This document shows, in pieces, positions 12,046-22,674 of a stretch of 64,000 nt of DNA. Numbering within the stretch: position 1 is the stretch's first letter; each line of letters opens with the position of its first letter. Where the stretch lies: contig CAWGKG010000004.1 in NCBI GenBank assembly GCA_963823035.1, forward strand, positions 224,001 to 288,000, read 5' to 3'. The notes beneath the pieces are model-generated. The model was not told the DNA's origin. It saw only the letters and a list, made by a program, of their open reading frames with translations, and did not search any database. A program made the position numbers and the translations under genes. Source of the stretch: an uncultured Gemmatimonadales bacterium (lineage in GTDB: Bacteria; Gemmatimonadota; Gemmatimonadetes; Longimicrobiales; Gaopeijiaceae).

Positions 12046-12503
12046 TGCAAGCTCGGACGGCAAACCGGATCGGGTGGAGGGACGCTCTCGCGCGGGCGCC
12101 GCGCAATGCCAAGATCCTCGTCGTCGATGACGAGGCATCGGTACGCGCCTCCCTCAAGGGGTTGGTCTCGCGCTTCGGCTACGCGGTCCGTGCTGCGGCC
12201 TCCGCGGAGGAGGCGGACCAGTGGCTCAGCGCGGAGCGATTCGACGTCTGCCTCCTCGACATCGAGCTCCCGAGAATGAAGGGAATCGAGTTCCTGGCGT
12301 GGGCCCTGCGGCGGGACCCGGAGATGGCGGTCATCATGCTGACCGGCCTCGACATCTCGGACATCGCGGTCGAGTGCATCGAGCAGGGCGCGCGCACCTA
12401 CTTGGTGAAGCCCATCGAGGCGGACTTCCTTCGGCTCGCGCTGCGTGACGCGCTGGCCATGCGCGCACTCCTGGTCGAGCGCAACGAGCTCTCGGCCACC
12501 TGA
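12045..12503 (+). CDS. Single-domain response regulator (receiver)
   Basis: ILVVDDE, CLLDIELPRMKG, IMLTG and YLVKP motifs. Confidence 0.9.
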   Translation: MQARTANRIGWRDALARAPRNAKILVVDDEASVRASLKGLVSRFGYAVRAAASAEEADQWLSAERFDVCLLDIELPRMKGIEFLAWALRRDPEMAVIMLTGLDISDIAVECIEQGARTYLVKPIEADFLRLALRDALAMRALLVERNELSAT

Positions 12504-12523
12504 TCCAGTTTTCGAGACGACCC

Positions 12524-12919
12524 ATGGCGACCATCCTCGTGATCGACGACGAGTCTGCGGTGAGGGACACGATGCGCCGTCTGCTCGAGCGCTACGGGCA
12601 CGAGGTACGCGAGGCGGCCAACGGTCGGGAGGCGCTGAAGGCGGCCCCCGACTACGACCTCGTGATCACCGACATCAACATGCCCGAGATGGACGGCATC
12701 GAGGTCATCATGGCGCTCACGGACCGCCGTCCCGGGTTGCCGGTCATCGCGATCTCGGGTGGCGGGAGGCTGCCGAAGGACCTCCTGCTCTCCAGCGCGG
12801 ACATGCTGGGGGCCGTCACAACGCTCCCCAAACCCTTCGACCTGTCCGAGCTCATCGAGGCCGTGGATCGCGCACTGGCCTCCGGCGGTTCCGAGGGCGA
12901 TTCTACCGCGGTCGACTGA
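12524..12919 (+). CDS. Single-domain response regulator (receiver)
   Basis: ILVIDDE, VITDINMPEMDG, IAISG and LPKPF motifs. Confidence 0.92.
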   Translation: MATILVIDDESAVRDTMRRLLERYGHEVREAANGREALKAAPDYDLVITDINMPEMDGIEVIMALTDRRPGLPVIAISGGGRLPKDLLLSSADMLGAVTTLPKPFDLSELIEAVDRALASGGSEGDSTAVD

Positions 12920-12945
12920 TCCCCTGAGGGCGGTGGGCCCGCGCC

Positions 12946-13548
12946 GTGGCACCGCCGTTGCACATCTGGAGGCCCCGTTTGTCAGGCACGACCCCCGAGG
13001 CCGGTTCGAAGGAGCGCACCCCGACAGAGGTCGGTCAGATCTCCGACGTCCAGGCGGTCATCGAGAGCGCCCGTGCCCGCGGTGGCATGGAGACGCTCGA
13101 GAAGTTCATCCGGCGGAGGCTGCCGGAGGCGGAGACATCGGAGGTACGCGAGGCGGCGGAGGTGGCCGCCGAGATCATCGACTCGATCCCGGTCTTCCTC
13201 GCCCGGGCCCGTCAGGAGGCCGACGAGCGGAAGCTCCAGTCCGTCGTCGGGCCGCTCCTGAACCACGCGGAGCAGTACTTCCTGCAGCCGATGGACCTCA
13301 TTCCGGAGATGACGCAGGGCCTCGCCGGCCTGCTGGACGACAGCTACCTCTTCATCCGGGTGCTGCAGCACCTCGACGAGGGCCCGGAGCGCTTCCTCGA
13401 CTGGGACCTGGAGTATCCGGCGCAGTTCCTGCGCAGCCTCGTGGGGGTGGACATCAGCCGGCGCCTGGACGCGATCGTCCTGGACGCGATGAACCAGGTC
13501 TCGCACCACCTCTCCGAACTCTGGTCGCGGATGGCGCACCCGGCCTGA
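12946..13548 (+). CDS. Hypothetical protein with a DUF1232/YkvA-like motif (start uncertain)
   Basis: YFLQPMDLIPEMTQGLAGLLDD resembles the DUF1232 signature P.DLIPD...G.LDD. Confidence 0.6.
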   Translation: MAPPLHIWRPRLSGTTPEAGSKERTPTEVGQISDVQAVIESARARGGMETLEKFIRRRLPEAETSEVREAAEVAAEIIDSIPVFLARARQEADERKLQSVVGPLLNHAEQYFLQPMDLIPEMTQGLAGLLDDSYLFIRVLQHLDEGPERFLDWDLEYPAQFLRSLVGVDISRRLDAIVLDAMNQVSHHLSELWSRMAHPA

Positions 13549-13571
13549 CGACGGGTCACCTCACGGCTGTA

Positions 13572-16285
13572 TCAGCGGCGCCTTCCCTCGGACGCGCCCG
13601 TACTGTCGGCGGAGGCGGGCTTCGTCCAGAAGCCCGGGGTACCCGTCGCCCCCCGCGCCACCGGTCCGTGGAACAACGCGCTGTTGAAGAGCACCCGGAA
13701 CGTGCCCCACGGCTGGCCGCGCCATTGCGGTCGGAAGCCGATCAGCAGGACGTGCCCGTCGCCGTGGTGGACGTCGACCGCCGCCGCCTGTCCCTGGAGG
13801 TGCGTCTCGCCCAGGAGGTAGCCGGACATCAGGGGTGAGCCCTCCTTGGCGTAGCTCGGCCAGCACCGATCCCTCGAAGCCGTCCTCCGTCGTGAACACC
13901 GGGCTGCGGTCGAAGAAGATCGCCGCGTTCGCGGGCATCCCGGACATCACGGGGTGGGCCGTATCCACCTGCACACGGAGGATCGACCCGCTCGAGAAGA
14001 AGGCGTCGCTCCGCATCCCGCGCACGATGTCGGTGACCGGAAGGTGCAGCTCGTCGATGCACAGGTCGCTCGACTGGTTGAGGCACACCAGCGTTCCGCC
14101 GGCGCGCACGAAGGCGTCCAGGGCACGGATCCCCTCGTCCCCGAGGCCACCGGCGTAGCGGGCCGGGACGGTGCCTGTCCCGTAGCCCGCCGCGCATGGA
14201 GCCGGCCCGCTCCGAGGGCAGCACGATCACGTCGTAGCGCTCGCGCAGATCGCCCGCGCGCACGTCCGCGTCGTACACGTTCGTGAAGCGGAACCGATAG
14301 CGCTCGAAGAGCCACCGGCTCCACCCCTCGTCCATGCTCGCCGTCCACGGCCGGTAGAGCGCGAGGCGGGGACGCGGAAGCTCGGCGCCCTGGCTCGATC
14401 CGCGTGTCGCCTGCAGCGCCAGCTTCGTGGCCAGGTCGCGGGCGGTCGCGTCGCCCAGTCCCGTCACGACGTACGCTCCGCCTCCGTTCGCAGTCCAGCG
14501 CACGTTCGCGCCCGCGTCCCAGGCTTCGTTCAGGGCGCGGAAGCTGTTGTTCTGCGCGGGGTCGAGCCGCAGGGCGCCGCCTCCCCCGGTGATCCGTCCC
14601 TCCGGCGGTCGGATGGCGGCCGCGACCGGGTTGTCGTCGAAGCCCGGGCCCGGCGCGACGTCGAAGGGAGAGGCGTCCTCCACGTCGGCGTCCCAGGCGA
14701 CCGCGTCGCCCTCGAGCGGGTCGAGCGCCGCGCGCTCTTCGTCGGTGAGCGGTTGGGTCGCCTCGATCACGCGCACGCCCATCTGGAAGGGAAGCGTCCA
14801 CCCGGCGGCGTCGTACGGCTGTTCGGGCGGACCCTCGGGGTACTCCCGCAGGTCCGGGTAGGTCTGCACCTCCAACACCTGGCGGGCGAGCTCGGCGTAG
14901 GGCTGGTCCATGGGCACGACCCAGGTGCCGACCGGATACGTCAGTCCCTCGTGCTCGAGCTCGGAGGCGAGCCGGCTCACGCGGATCCCGTTGTACGCGA
15001 GGCGGCGTAGGAGCTCCACGGCGGCCACCGGGTCGCGCTGGTCACGCGGCACGAAGTACGCGTAGGGAGGACCGGCCCGGTAGCGCGCGATCACGTCGCG
15101 CCCCGACTGGTACCGGTTGTAGAGCAGGTCCTCCCGGTACTTGGCGGCGTAGTCGAGCACGGCGATCGAGGCGACGTGCATGTAGCGAACGGCGTCACCC
15201 AGCCGCCACCACCCTCCCGTCCACGGGCTGGAGTAGAGCGGCTGCGGTCGCAGGTCGCGCATCCCGGGCGGGAAGTCCGAGAGCGTGTAGAAGTGCGGGG
15301 TCGCGTAGCGGTAGAGCGCCGTCTCCGTCCAGAAGGCCGCCTGGTTCTGGAGCATCGGCATGTAGTCGACGTAGCCGGGATACCAGGCGTCGAAGCCGGT
15401 GCCCATGTGCGTGGCGCCGGGCAGCCCCCTCGACTCGAGCATCTGCGCGATCGTCATGCCGATCGTATTCACCTCGCGGGACATGAGCGCCGGCACGCGG
15501 GGCGCGATCGGGTCGGCGAAGGGCGGCAGCCAGATGCGCGTGGGGAAGGGGGAGCTCTGGTGGTGCACGTAGATGATCTGCGGCTCCCAGTACCGCCAGG
15601 TCCGCTCCAGCGTGCGCGACTCGATCATGTTGAGCATGTACGCGTCGCGGTTGTTGTCGTGGCCGATGTACTTCTGCTAGAGCATCGGCATGGGCGCGAC
15701 CTCGTACGGCGTGCCGACGTTCTCGGCGTACCAGTCCGCGACGATGGTCTGCCCGTCGGGGTTCAGCGAAGGCCACAGCGCGACGATCACGTTGTCCCGG
15801 ATGGCCTGGATGCGCGGCTCCTCGCTCGAAGCCAGCTCGTAGGCGAGGCCGATCGTGTGCTGGGCGCCGGCGACCTCGGAGGCGTGCAGCCCACCCGAGA
15901 TGTCGACGATCGCCCGACCCTCGTGGGCCAGCGCGCGCGCGGCCTCGTCGCCGAGTCCTTCGGGGTCGGCCAGGCGCAGCGCGATCTCGCGGTTTCGCTC
16001 GAGCGCCATGAGGTTCTCGCGCGACGAGATCAGGGCGAGGTACCAGTCGCGCCCGAAGGAGGTCTTCCCGACCTTCACGAGCATCACCCGGTCGCTCGCG
16101 GCGTCCAGTGCCCGGAAGTACGCGATCGACTGCTCGTAGGTGGCCAGGTGGAAGTCGGCGCCGGGCTCGAAGCCCAGCACGGACGCGGGGGTGGGCACCG
16201 TCTGGGCGTGCACGACGGGCGTGGCGGCGGCCATGAGGGCCGCCACGAGGGCACAACGGAAGAGCGATCGCACGGGTTGCGGCAT
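13572..16285 (-). CDS. Secreted M14-family zinc carboxypeptidase; one in-frame TAG and two frameshifts
   Basis: Signal peptide ending VHAQ; GGLHASE (HxxE), PSLNPDG, GHDNNRD, YVHHQ and PYDAAGWTL; C-terminal GATase-like region (SMDEGWSRW, GFRPQWRGQ). Confidence 0.85.
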
Positions 16286-16429
16286 CCGGCTCGGTTGAGC
16301 GGTGGTCCCACGGTACGGGGACATCCCGGCGAATATGGCCGTCCCCCGGGGGGATCCGCCACCTGCGATGCCGCGTGGCCGCGTGCTTGCCGCCACGCTT
16401 CCCGTGCCGGCCCCTCGGATGCCTCCGGC

Positions 16430-17563
16430 CTAGATCGCGCCGACCGCCCGCATCCCCCTGAGCGCGTCGGCCCAACGACCCATCTCCTCGGGGAGGCCGA
16501 ACGACACCCGGTTCCAGTCGGTCATGGGCGGGAAGGGTCGGCCGACGCGCACGCCCCGCTCGCGCATCGCATCGATGTAGGCCGGCAGCTCGCCATGGAT
16601 GCGGTGCATGATGAAGTTGGTCTGCGTCGGGATGTACTCGAGCCCGAGCTGGTCGAGCGTGGCCGTCGCGATGTCCTTCGCCTGGGTGTTCACGCCGACG
16701 CTCCGCTCCATGAGCCCGTCGTCGGCCAGCGACGCGATGCCCGCCGCGCACGCGAGCACGTTCGTGTTGCTGTTCGCCATGAAGGCGGAGAGCTTCCGCG
16801 CCGTCTGGGGGTGGGCGATCCCGTAGCCCAACCGGAGCCCGGCCATCCCGAAGATCTTCGAGAAGGTGCGCACCACGACGACATTGGGCTTCGCGTCGAT
16901 CCACTTCATCGCGGTCCAGTACGTCGGATGGTCCGCGTACTCGAAGTACGCCTCGTCCACGAGGAAGGTGGTGGTCTCGGGCGCGTCCGCGATCCACGCG
17001 TCCACGTCACGGGACGGCGTGACCGTGCCCGTCGGGTTGTTCGGGTTGCAGATGTACACCACCGAGGGCCCGCTCCCGGCGGCCTCGCGCATGCGGCCCA
17101 GGTCGTGGGCGCGCGCGGCGTCCAGGGGAATCGCCTTCAGGGCGTAGGGGAACGGACGCTGGTAGCGCGGAACGTCCTCGAACGTGGGCTCGGCGATCAC
17201 CATCGGCACGCCGTCGCGGTGGTACGCCTGGACGGCCATCTGGAGGACCTCGGTCGAGCCCGCGCCCATGACCAGGTTCTCCTCCTTCACGCCCAGGTGC
17301 CGGGCCAGGGCCTCGACCACCGGGGCTTTCCACTCGCCGGGATAGCGGTTGGCGTCGACGATCGCGTCGATCACGCCCTGGCGTGCGGCGGGAGACAGGC
17401 CGAGGGGGTTCTCGTTCGAGCTGAGGCGGACGGTGCCGTCCGGGAGGGTCTTGCCGACCCGCCAGAGGTCGGACCGCCCGAAGGCTCCAGCGACGCCGCC
17501 GGCCGAGGTGAGACCGGCGAGGCCGGCAGCCATTCCCGCAGTGACGAAGCCTCGGCGATCCAT
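16430..17563 (-). CDS. Tat-signal class I/II PLP aminotransferase (HisC-like)
   Basis: MDRRGFVTAG Tat motif; RLSSNENP, CNPNNPTG, DEAYFEY and RTFSKIFGMAGLRLGY. Confidence 0.88.
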   Translation of the reverse strand: MDRRGFVTAGMAAGLAGLTSAGGVAGAFGRSDLWRVGKTLPDGTVRLSSNENPLGLSPAARQGVIDAIVDANRYPGEWKAPVVEALARHLGVKEENLVMGAGSTEVLQMAVQAYHRDGVPMVIAEPTFEDVPRYQRPFPYALKAIPLDAARAHDLGRMREAAGSGPSVVYICNPNNPTGTVTPSRDVDAWIADAPETTTFLVDEAYFEYADHPTYWTAMKWIDAKPNVVVVRTFSKIFGMAGLRLGYGIAHPQTARKLSAFMANSNTNVLACAAGIASLADDGLMERSVGVNTQAKDIATATLDQLGLEYIPTQTNFIMHRIHGELPAYIDAMRERGVRVGRPFPPMTDWNRVSFGLPEEMGRWADALRGMRAVGAI

Positions 17564-17764
17564 GTGCTCCTCCCGTGCTGGCGGTCGCGCGCCCGGAGCG
17601 GTCCGGCGGCCCCATGGGCGAGGAACGGGGCCCGAGGCCAATCTGCGCCGCGCCCCCCGGGATCGAAAGTCCCCGGCATCCGGGTTACGAAGTCCGTCCC
17701 CCGACGGCCGGCGCCGCTCGGCGCCCGTGCAGCTCCCTTCCATCCCCCGGTCGCAACGACCTCC

Positions 17765-19094
17765 ATGCTTCCGAAGATCGGCGCGCTCGCGCTCTTTCTG
17801 GCCCTGATCGCCTCGCCCGCGCCGGCCCTTCGGGCGCAGGCCCTTCCGGACGCCACGGTGCGCTACGAGGCGGACTTCCCGTCCGCGGCGTTCCACCGCG
17901 GGCGGCGCGAGGCCGTGATGGCCGCCCTCCCCCAGGGGTCCGTGGCGGTGGTCGTGGGCGGCGCCGAGCAGGGCGGCTCCATCGACGACCTGCACACCTT
18001 CGTGCAGAGCCCCGATCTCTACTACCTCACGGGGAACGAGGAGCCCGGCGCGTCGCTTCTTCTGGCGCCGGGTGGCGTGGAGATCGACGGCCGTAGGGTG
18101 CACGAGGTGTTGTTCGTGCCCCCGCGTTCTCCGGGGGAGGAGATCTGGCTGGGCCGGCGCTGGGGGCCGGAGCGGGCACAGCGCGAGCTGGGTGTCGAGC
18201 TCGCGCTCGACAACACCCGCTTCGCGGGCGTGGTGGGCGGTCTGATGTCGGACTCCACGTGCCACGTCCTGACCGCCTCCGACCCCACGCTGCGCGGGAC
18301 GCTCGACGCAGCTGCGCATGGTCAAGACGGAGGAGGAGCTCACGCTGCTCCGGCGCGCCGTCGACATCACCGACGACGCGCACGGCGAGGTCCTGCACGG
18401 GGTGCGCCCCGGGTGGGCCGAGTACGAGATCGAGGCGCTCCTGGAGTACACCTTCGCGCGCGAGGGCGCCGAGCGGCCCGGCTTCCCGTCGATCGTCGCG
18501 AGCGGAGAGAACGCCGTCCTCCTCCACTACGACACGAACCGACGCACCACGCGGCCCGGGGACCTGGTCGTGGTCGACATCGGCGCTTCGTATCACGGCT
18601 ACACCGCCGACGTCACCCGGACCTATCCGGTGGACGGCGCCTTCACGCCCGACCAGCGCCGGATCTACACCCTCGTGCTCGAGGCGCAGAAAGCCGCCAT
18701 CGACGCCGTGGAGGTCGGCGCGTCGTTCGGAGCCCCGGGGAACGCGGCGTCGAAGGTGCTGGCCCGCGGCCTGGCCGAGGTGGGTCTCATCCGGGACGCG
18801 CGCGACGTGGCGGGGCTCTCCCGCTTCTTCCCGCACGGCACCAGCCACTACCTGGGGCTCGAGGTGCACGACGTCGGCACGTACGGTCCGCTGGCGCCCG
18901 GTCAGGTCATCACGGTGGAGCCGGGCATCTACATCGCTCCGGCCGAGGACGTGGATCCGCGCTGGTGGAACATCGGCGTGCGCATCGAGGACGACGTGCT
19001 CGTCACCGATCAGGGACCCGTCGTGCTCTCCGCCGCCGCGGCCAAGGAGCCGGACGAGATCGAAGGCGCGATGCGCGCGTCGGTCACACGTTGA
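17765..19094 (+). CDS. Secreted Xaa-Pro aminopeptidase (M24B); frameshift near 18310
   Basis: Signal peptide, AMP_N domain (FVQSPDLYYLTG), VDIG, ADVTRT, HGTSHYLGLEVHD, TVEPG and RIEDD. Confidence 0.88.
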
Positions 19095-20125
19095 AGCGGA
19101 TGTGCAGGATGTCGCCGTCGGCGACGATGTAGTCCTTCCCCTCGACCTGGAGGGCGCCGCTGTCGCGCACGGCCGACTCCGAGCCGTGCTCCATGAACAC
19201 GTCGTAGGGGATCACCTCCGCGCGGATGAACCCCCGCTCGAGGTCCGAGTGGATGCGCCCCGCCGACTGGCGCGCGTTCGCCCCGCGCCGGATCGGCCAC
19301 GCGCGTACCTCGTCCTCTCCCACGGTGAAGAAGGAGATGAGCTCCAGGAGCCCGTAGGCCGTGCGGATGAAGCGGGCGAGCGCGGACTCGCGCAGCCCGA
19401 GGTCCTCGAGGAAGGCCTCCTGCTCCTCGGCGTCGAGCGCCGCGATATCCGCCTCCACGCTGGCCGACAACGTCAGCCCGGCCGCGCCCATCGCCTCGAT
19501 GCGGGCGGCGAGCGCGGGGGAGAGCGGCTCGGACGCTTCGGTCTCGCTCCGGTTCAGCGCGACCAGGAGGGGGCGATCCGTGAGCAGGCCGTAGCCCTTG
19601 AGCAATCCGCGGTCCAGCGCCTCGGGGGAGAGCGTGCGAAGGGGCTTCTCCTCCTCGAGGGCGGTCTTCATCTCCTCGAATGCCGCGATCTCACGGGCGT
19701 CGCCGCGCTCCTTGCGCAGGCGCTCGATCCTGCGCTCGATGATCCCCAGGTCCGCGACGATGCACTCCAGGTGGAACGCCTCCAGGTCCCCGGCCGGATC
19801 GGGCGCACCCTCCACCGCCGGGTTCGCGAAGCCGCGCAGGACGAGGCAGAGCGCTTCCTGGTCGCGGATCTGTTGCAGTCCCTTCGCGGACAGCCCCTTC
19901 TTCTCGGAGCCGTGCTCACCGGGGACGTCGCAGAACGTCATCTCGGCGTACGTGGTCTTCTTCGGGGAGAAGATCTCCGAGAGGCGGTCGATGCGCGCGT
20001 CCGGCACCTTCACCGTGCCCAGACGCACCTCGCCTCCATAGCCCGACGGGAACGGAGAGCCCCGTCATGGCATTGAAGACGGTGGTCTTCCCGGAGCCGG
20101 CGAAGCCGACGAGTCCGATCTTCAC
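19084..20125 (-). CDS. ychF: YchF/Ola1-family P-loop NTPase (divergent); frameshift near 20040
   Basis: GFAGSGKT, VKVPDARID, FFTVGEDEVRAW, AGRIHSDLERGFIRAE and EGKDYIVADGDI. Confidence 0.85.
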
Positions 20126-20155
20126 GATGCTTCCCCGCGCTCGGGACGTGAGTCG

Positions 20156-21456
20156 TCAGTCCGCCGCCGCCTGAGCGGGTCGCGTGAGGCGGGCTCGCGC
20201 CTTGGGCAGCCCCTCCCACTCGCGGTCCACGCGGTCGATGTAGACCGAGGCCGAGATGTCGCCGCACACGTTGAGCGTCGTACGGCACATGTCGAGGATC
20301 CGGTCGGCGCCCAGGATGATCGCGATCCCCGCCGGCGGCACGCCCACCGTGGCCATCACGAGCATCATGAGCGGGAGCGATCCGCCCGGCACGCCGGCCG
20401 CGCCCACGGCCGTGAGCACGGCCAGGACGACCACGACCATCTGTGTGGGGAGGCTCAGTCCGGCCCCGAACACCTGCGCCACGAAGAGGACGGTGACGCC
20501 CTCGTAGAGCGACGTCCCGTTCATGTTCATCGTAGCGCCGAGGGGGAGCACGAAGCCCGCGATCTTCGGCTGGACGTCCAACTCCTTCTCCGCGGTGGCG
20601 ATCGAGGTAGGCAGCGTCGCCATGCTCGACGAGGTCGAGAACGCCGTGATCATCGGCGCGGTCACGGACTTCCAGAAGGTGACCGGGCTCATCCTCCCGA
20701 AGACGCGCACGAGGGCGGAGATCCCGATCGTGGCGTGCAGGAAGAGGCCCAACACCACCACCACGATGTACAGGCTGAGCTGCTGCAGGATGGTCCAGCC
20801 GAATTGGGAGGTGATGCCGAAGATCAGGGCGAAGACGCCGTAGGGGGCGAGGTGCATGGCCATGTCGATGATCTTGATCACGGCTTCGCCCACCCCCTCG
20901 AGGACCGCGATGACGGGGTCCGCCTTCGCCTTGGGAATGAGCGTGAGCGCGGCGCCGAAGATCAGCGACGCGAAGATCAGGGCCAGCATGTCCATGTTGG
21001 CCGCGGCCTCGATCGGGTTGCGCGGCACGATGTTCACGAAGGTGGAGACGCCGAAGTCGGTCGGGCCCGACGTAACCAGCCCCTCGCCCGAGAAGCGGCT
21101 CATGAGCTCGTCGCGAACTTCAGCGGGCAGGCCGTCGCCCGGCCGGATCGTGTTGACGAGCGTGAGGCCGATGGTCGCCGCGATGAGCGTGGACATCAGG
21201 AAGTAGCCGAAGGTACGGCCGCCGAGACGCCCAGCGTCTTCATGTCGCCGATGCCCGCCACGCCCAGGGCGATCGACGTGAAGACGATGGGCACCACCGT
21301 CATGAACAGCATCCTGAGGAAGATCTGCCCGATCGGGTAGGCGACGTTGTCGGCGACCCACCGGACCCAGCTGGCGTCTCCGAAGAAGGCGTTGGTGAGG
21401 CTGCCCACCAGGGCGCCCAGCACCAGGCCCAGGGCGATCTTCGTATGTAGCTTCAA
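20156..21456 (-). CDS. Dicarboxylate/amino acid:cation symporter (GltP/DAACS); frameshift near 21220
   Basis: AFSTSSSMATLP, LPLGATMNMNGT and DRILDMCRTTLNVCGD; TTG start with GAGGAG RBS. Confidence 0.92.
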
Positions 21457-21634
21457 GGGTTGCTCCTCATCGGCGTATCCAGGGCGGCCGGAATATGGCC
21501 AGGGCGGGGACTGGCGCGCCACCTCGCGCGGCCCCCTTGCCTCGCCGCCTGTCGCGCTGCATCCATGTGCGCGCGGTCCGCCCCGGCTGGCGGGTCCGCG
21601 CACTCTCCGATCCCCTCCCGCCGGAGTCCCCCCC

Positions 21635-22636
21635 ATGAAGACGGCATTCCGCGTCGTCGTCGGCCTGTTCCTCCTCATCCTCGTGGGCGCGGGCGCCCTC
21701 TACGCCTGGGCCCGGCACGAGGACGACCAGCTCCTGTCCCGGACCATCGAGACACATCGGGTCGACTTCCCGATCCCGCTCCCGCTCACGTCGGAGGAGG
21801 TCGAGGCGGTGCGCGAGGAGCGGAGCGCCGCGGCCGAGCCCCCGCCCACGGACGCCGACCTGGCTGCCGCCGCGCGCGAGCGCGCCGTGGCGCGGGGGAG
21901 GCATCTCGTCGAGGCGCGCTACGGCTGCAGCGAGTGCCACGGCGCCAACTTCGGCGGCGGCGTGATGATCGACGACCCGATGATCGGGAGCCTCCTGGGT
22001 CCCAACATCACCAGCGGGGAGGGTGGCAGGACGGCCGCGTACGGGCCCTCCGATTGGGACCGGATCGTGCGGCACGGTGTCCGGCCAGACGGGACGCCGG
22101 CGGCCATGCCGTCCGAGGACTTCCGGGGGATGTCGGACCGCGAGCTCTCCGACATCGTCGCCTACATCCGGTCGCAGCCCCCCGTGAACGGGACCGTGAA
22201 GCCGGTGTCGCTCGGGCCGCTGGGCGCCGTGCTGCTCGCGCTGGGGCAGATCAAGCTGTCGGCGGACGTGATCCAGGACCACCGGCGACCCCACCTCGTG
22301 GAGCCGCCGCCGACCGAGGTCAGCCTGGAATTCGGCGAGCACCTGGCGAACACCTGCTCCGGGTGCCACCGGGCGGACTTCTCCGGCGGACCGGTCAAGG
22401 GTGGCGACCCGTCGTGGCCCCCGGCAGCCAACCTGACGTCGCATGCGGAAGGGCTGGCAGGGTGGACGTACGACCAGTTCGCCGCGACGCTGCGGACAGG
22501 GAAGCGCCCGGACGGCACCGACCTGAAGTCGCCGATGTCGGGGATGGTCGTGGCGGCCCAGCGCATGACCGACGTGGAGCTCCAGGCCATCTGGGCGTAC
22601 CTGCAGTCCCTCCCGCCCGAACCGAGCGGGCGCTGA
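21635..22636 (+). CDS. Membrane-anchored dihaem cytochrome c
   Basis: N-terminal TM helix; CSECH and CSGCH haem motifs, each followed by PNIT/ANLT and a Met ligand region. Confidence 0.9.
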   Translation: MKTAFRVVVGLFLLILVGAGALYAWARHEDDQLLSRTIETHRVDFPIPLPLTSEEVEAVREERSAAAEPPPTDADLAAAARERAVARGRHLVEARYGCSECHGANFGGGVMIDDPMIGSLLGPNITSGEGGRTAAYGPSDWDRIVRHGVRPDGTPAAMPSEDFRGMSDRELSDIVAYIRSQPPVNGTVKPVSLGPLGAVLLALGQIKLSADVIQDHRRPHLVEPPPTEVSLEFGEHLANTCSGCHRADFSGGPVKGGDPSWPPAANLTSHAEGLAGWTYDQFAATLRTGKRPDGTDLKSPMSGMVVAAQRMTDVELQAIWAYLQSLPPEPSGR

Positions 22637-22674
22637 GCGGCGATCCGGCGGGTCGGGATCGCCCCCGCGTCGCG

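Noticed and set aside
15677..15679. TAG reassignment or pyrrolysine readthrough
   Set aside because: It is a single instance, many genes in the window terminate at TAG, and no pyl genes are present.
15176..19132. Very long ORFs on alternative frames or strands (1318 aa here; also 21467-25510, 23629-26358, 29134-31767, 43124-47188)
   Set aside because: These are shadow ORFs typical of high-GC DNA: Arg/Gly/Pro/His-rich and overlapping well-supported genes. Only short terminal parts match real genes.
22639..22663. GGCGATCC/GGATCGCC hairpin between convergent genes
   Set aside because: An 8-bp stem with no U-tract is too easy to find by chance in GC-rich DNA.
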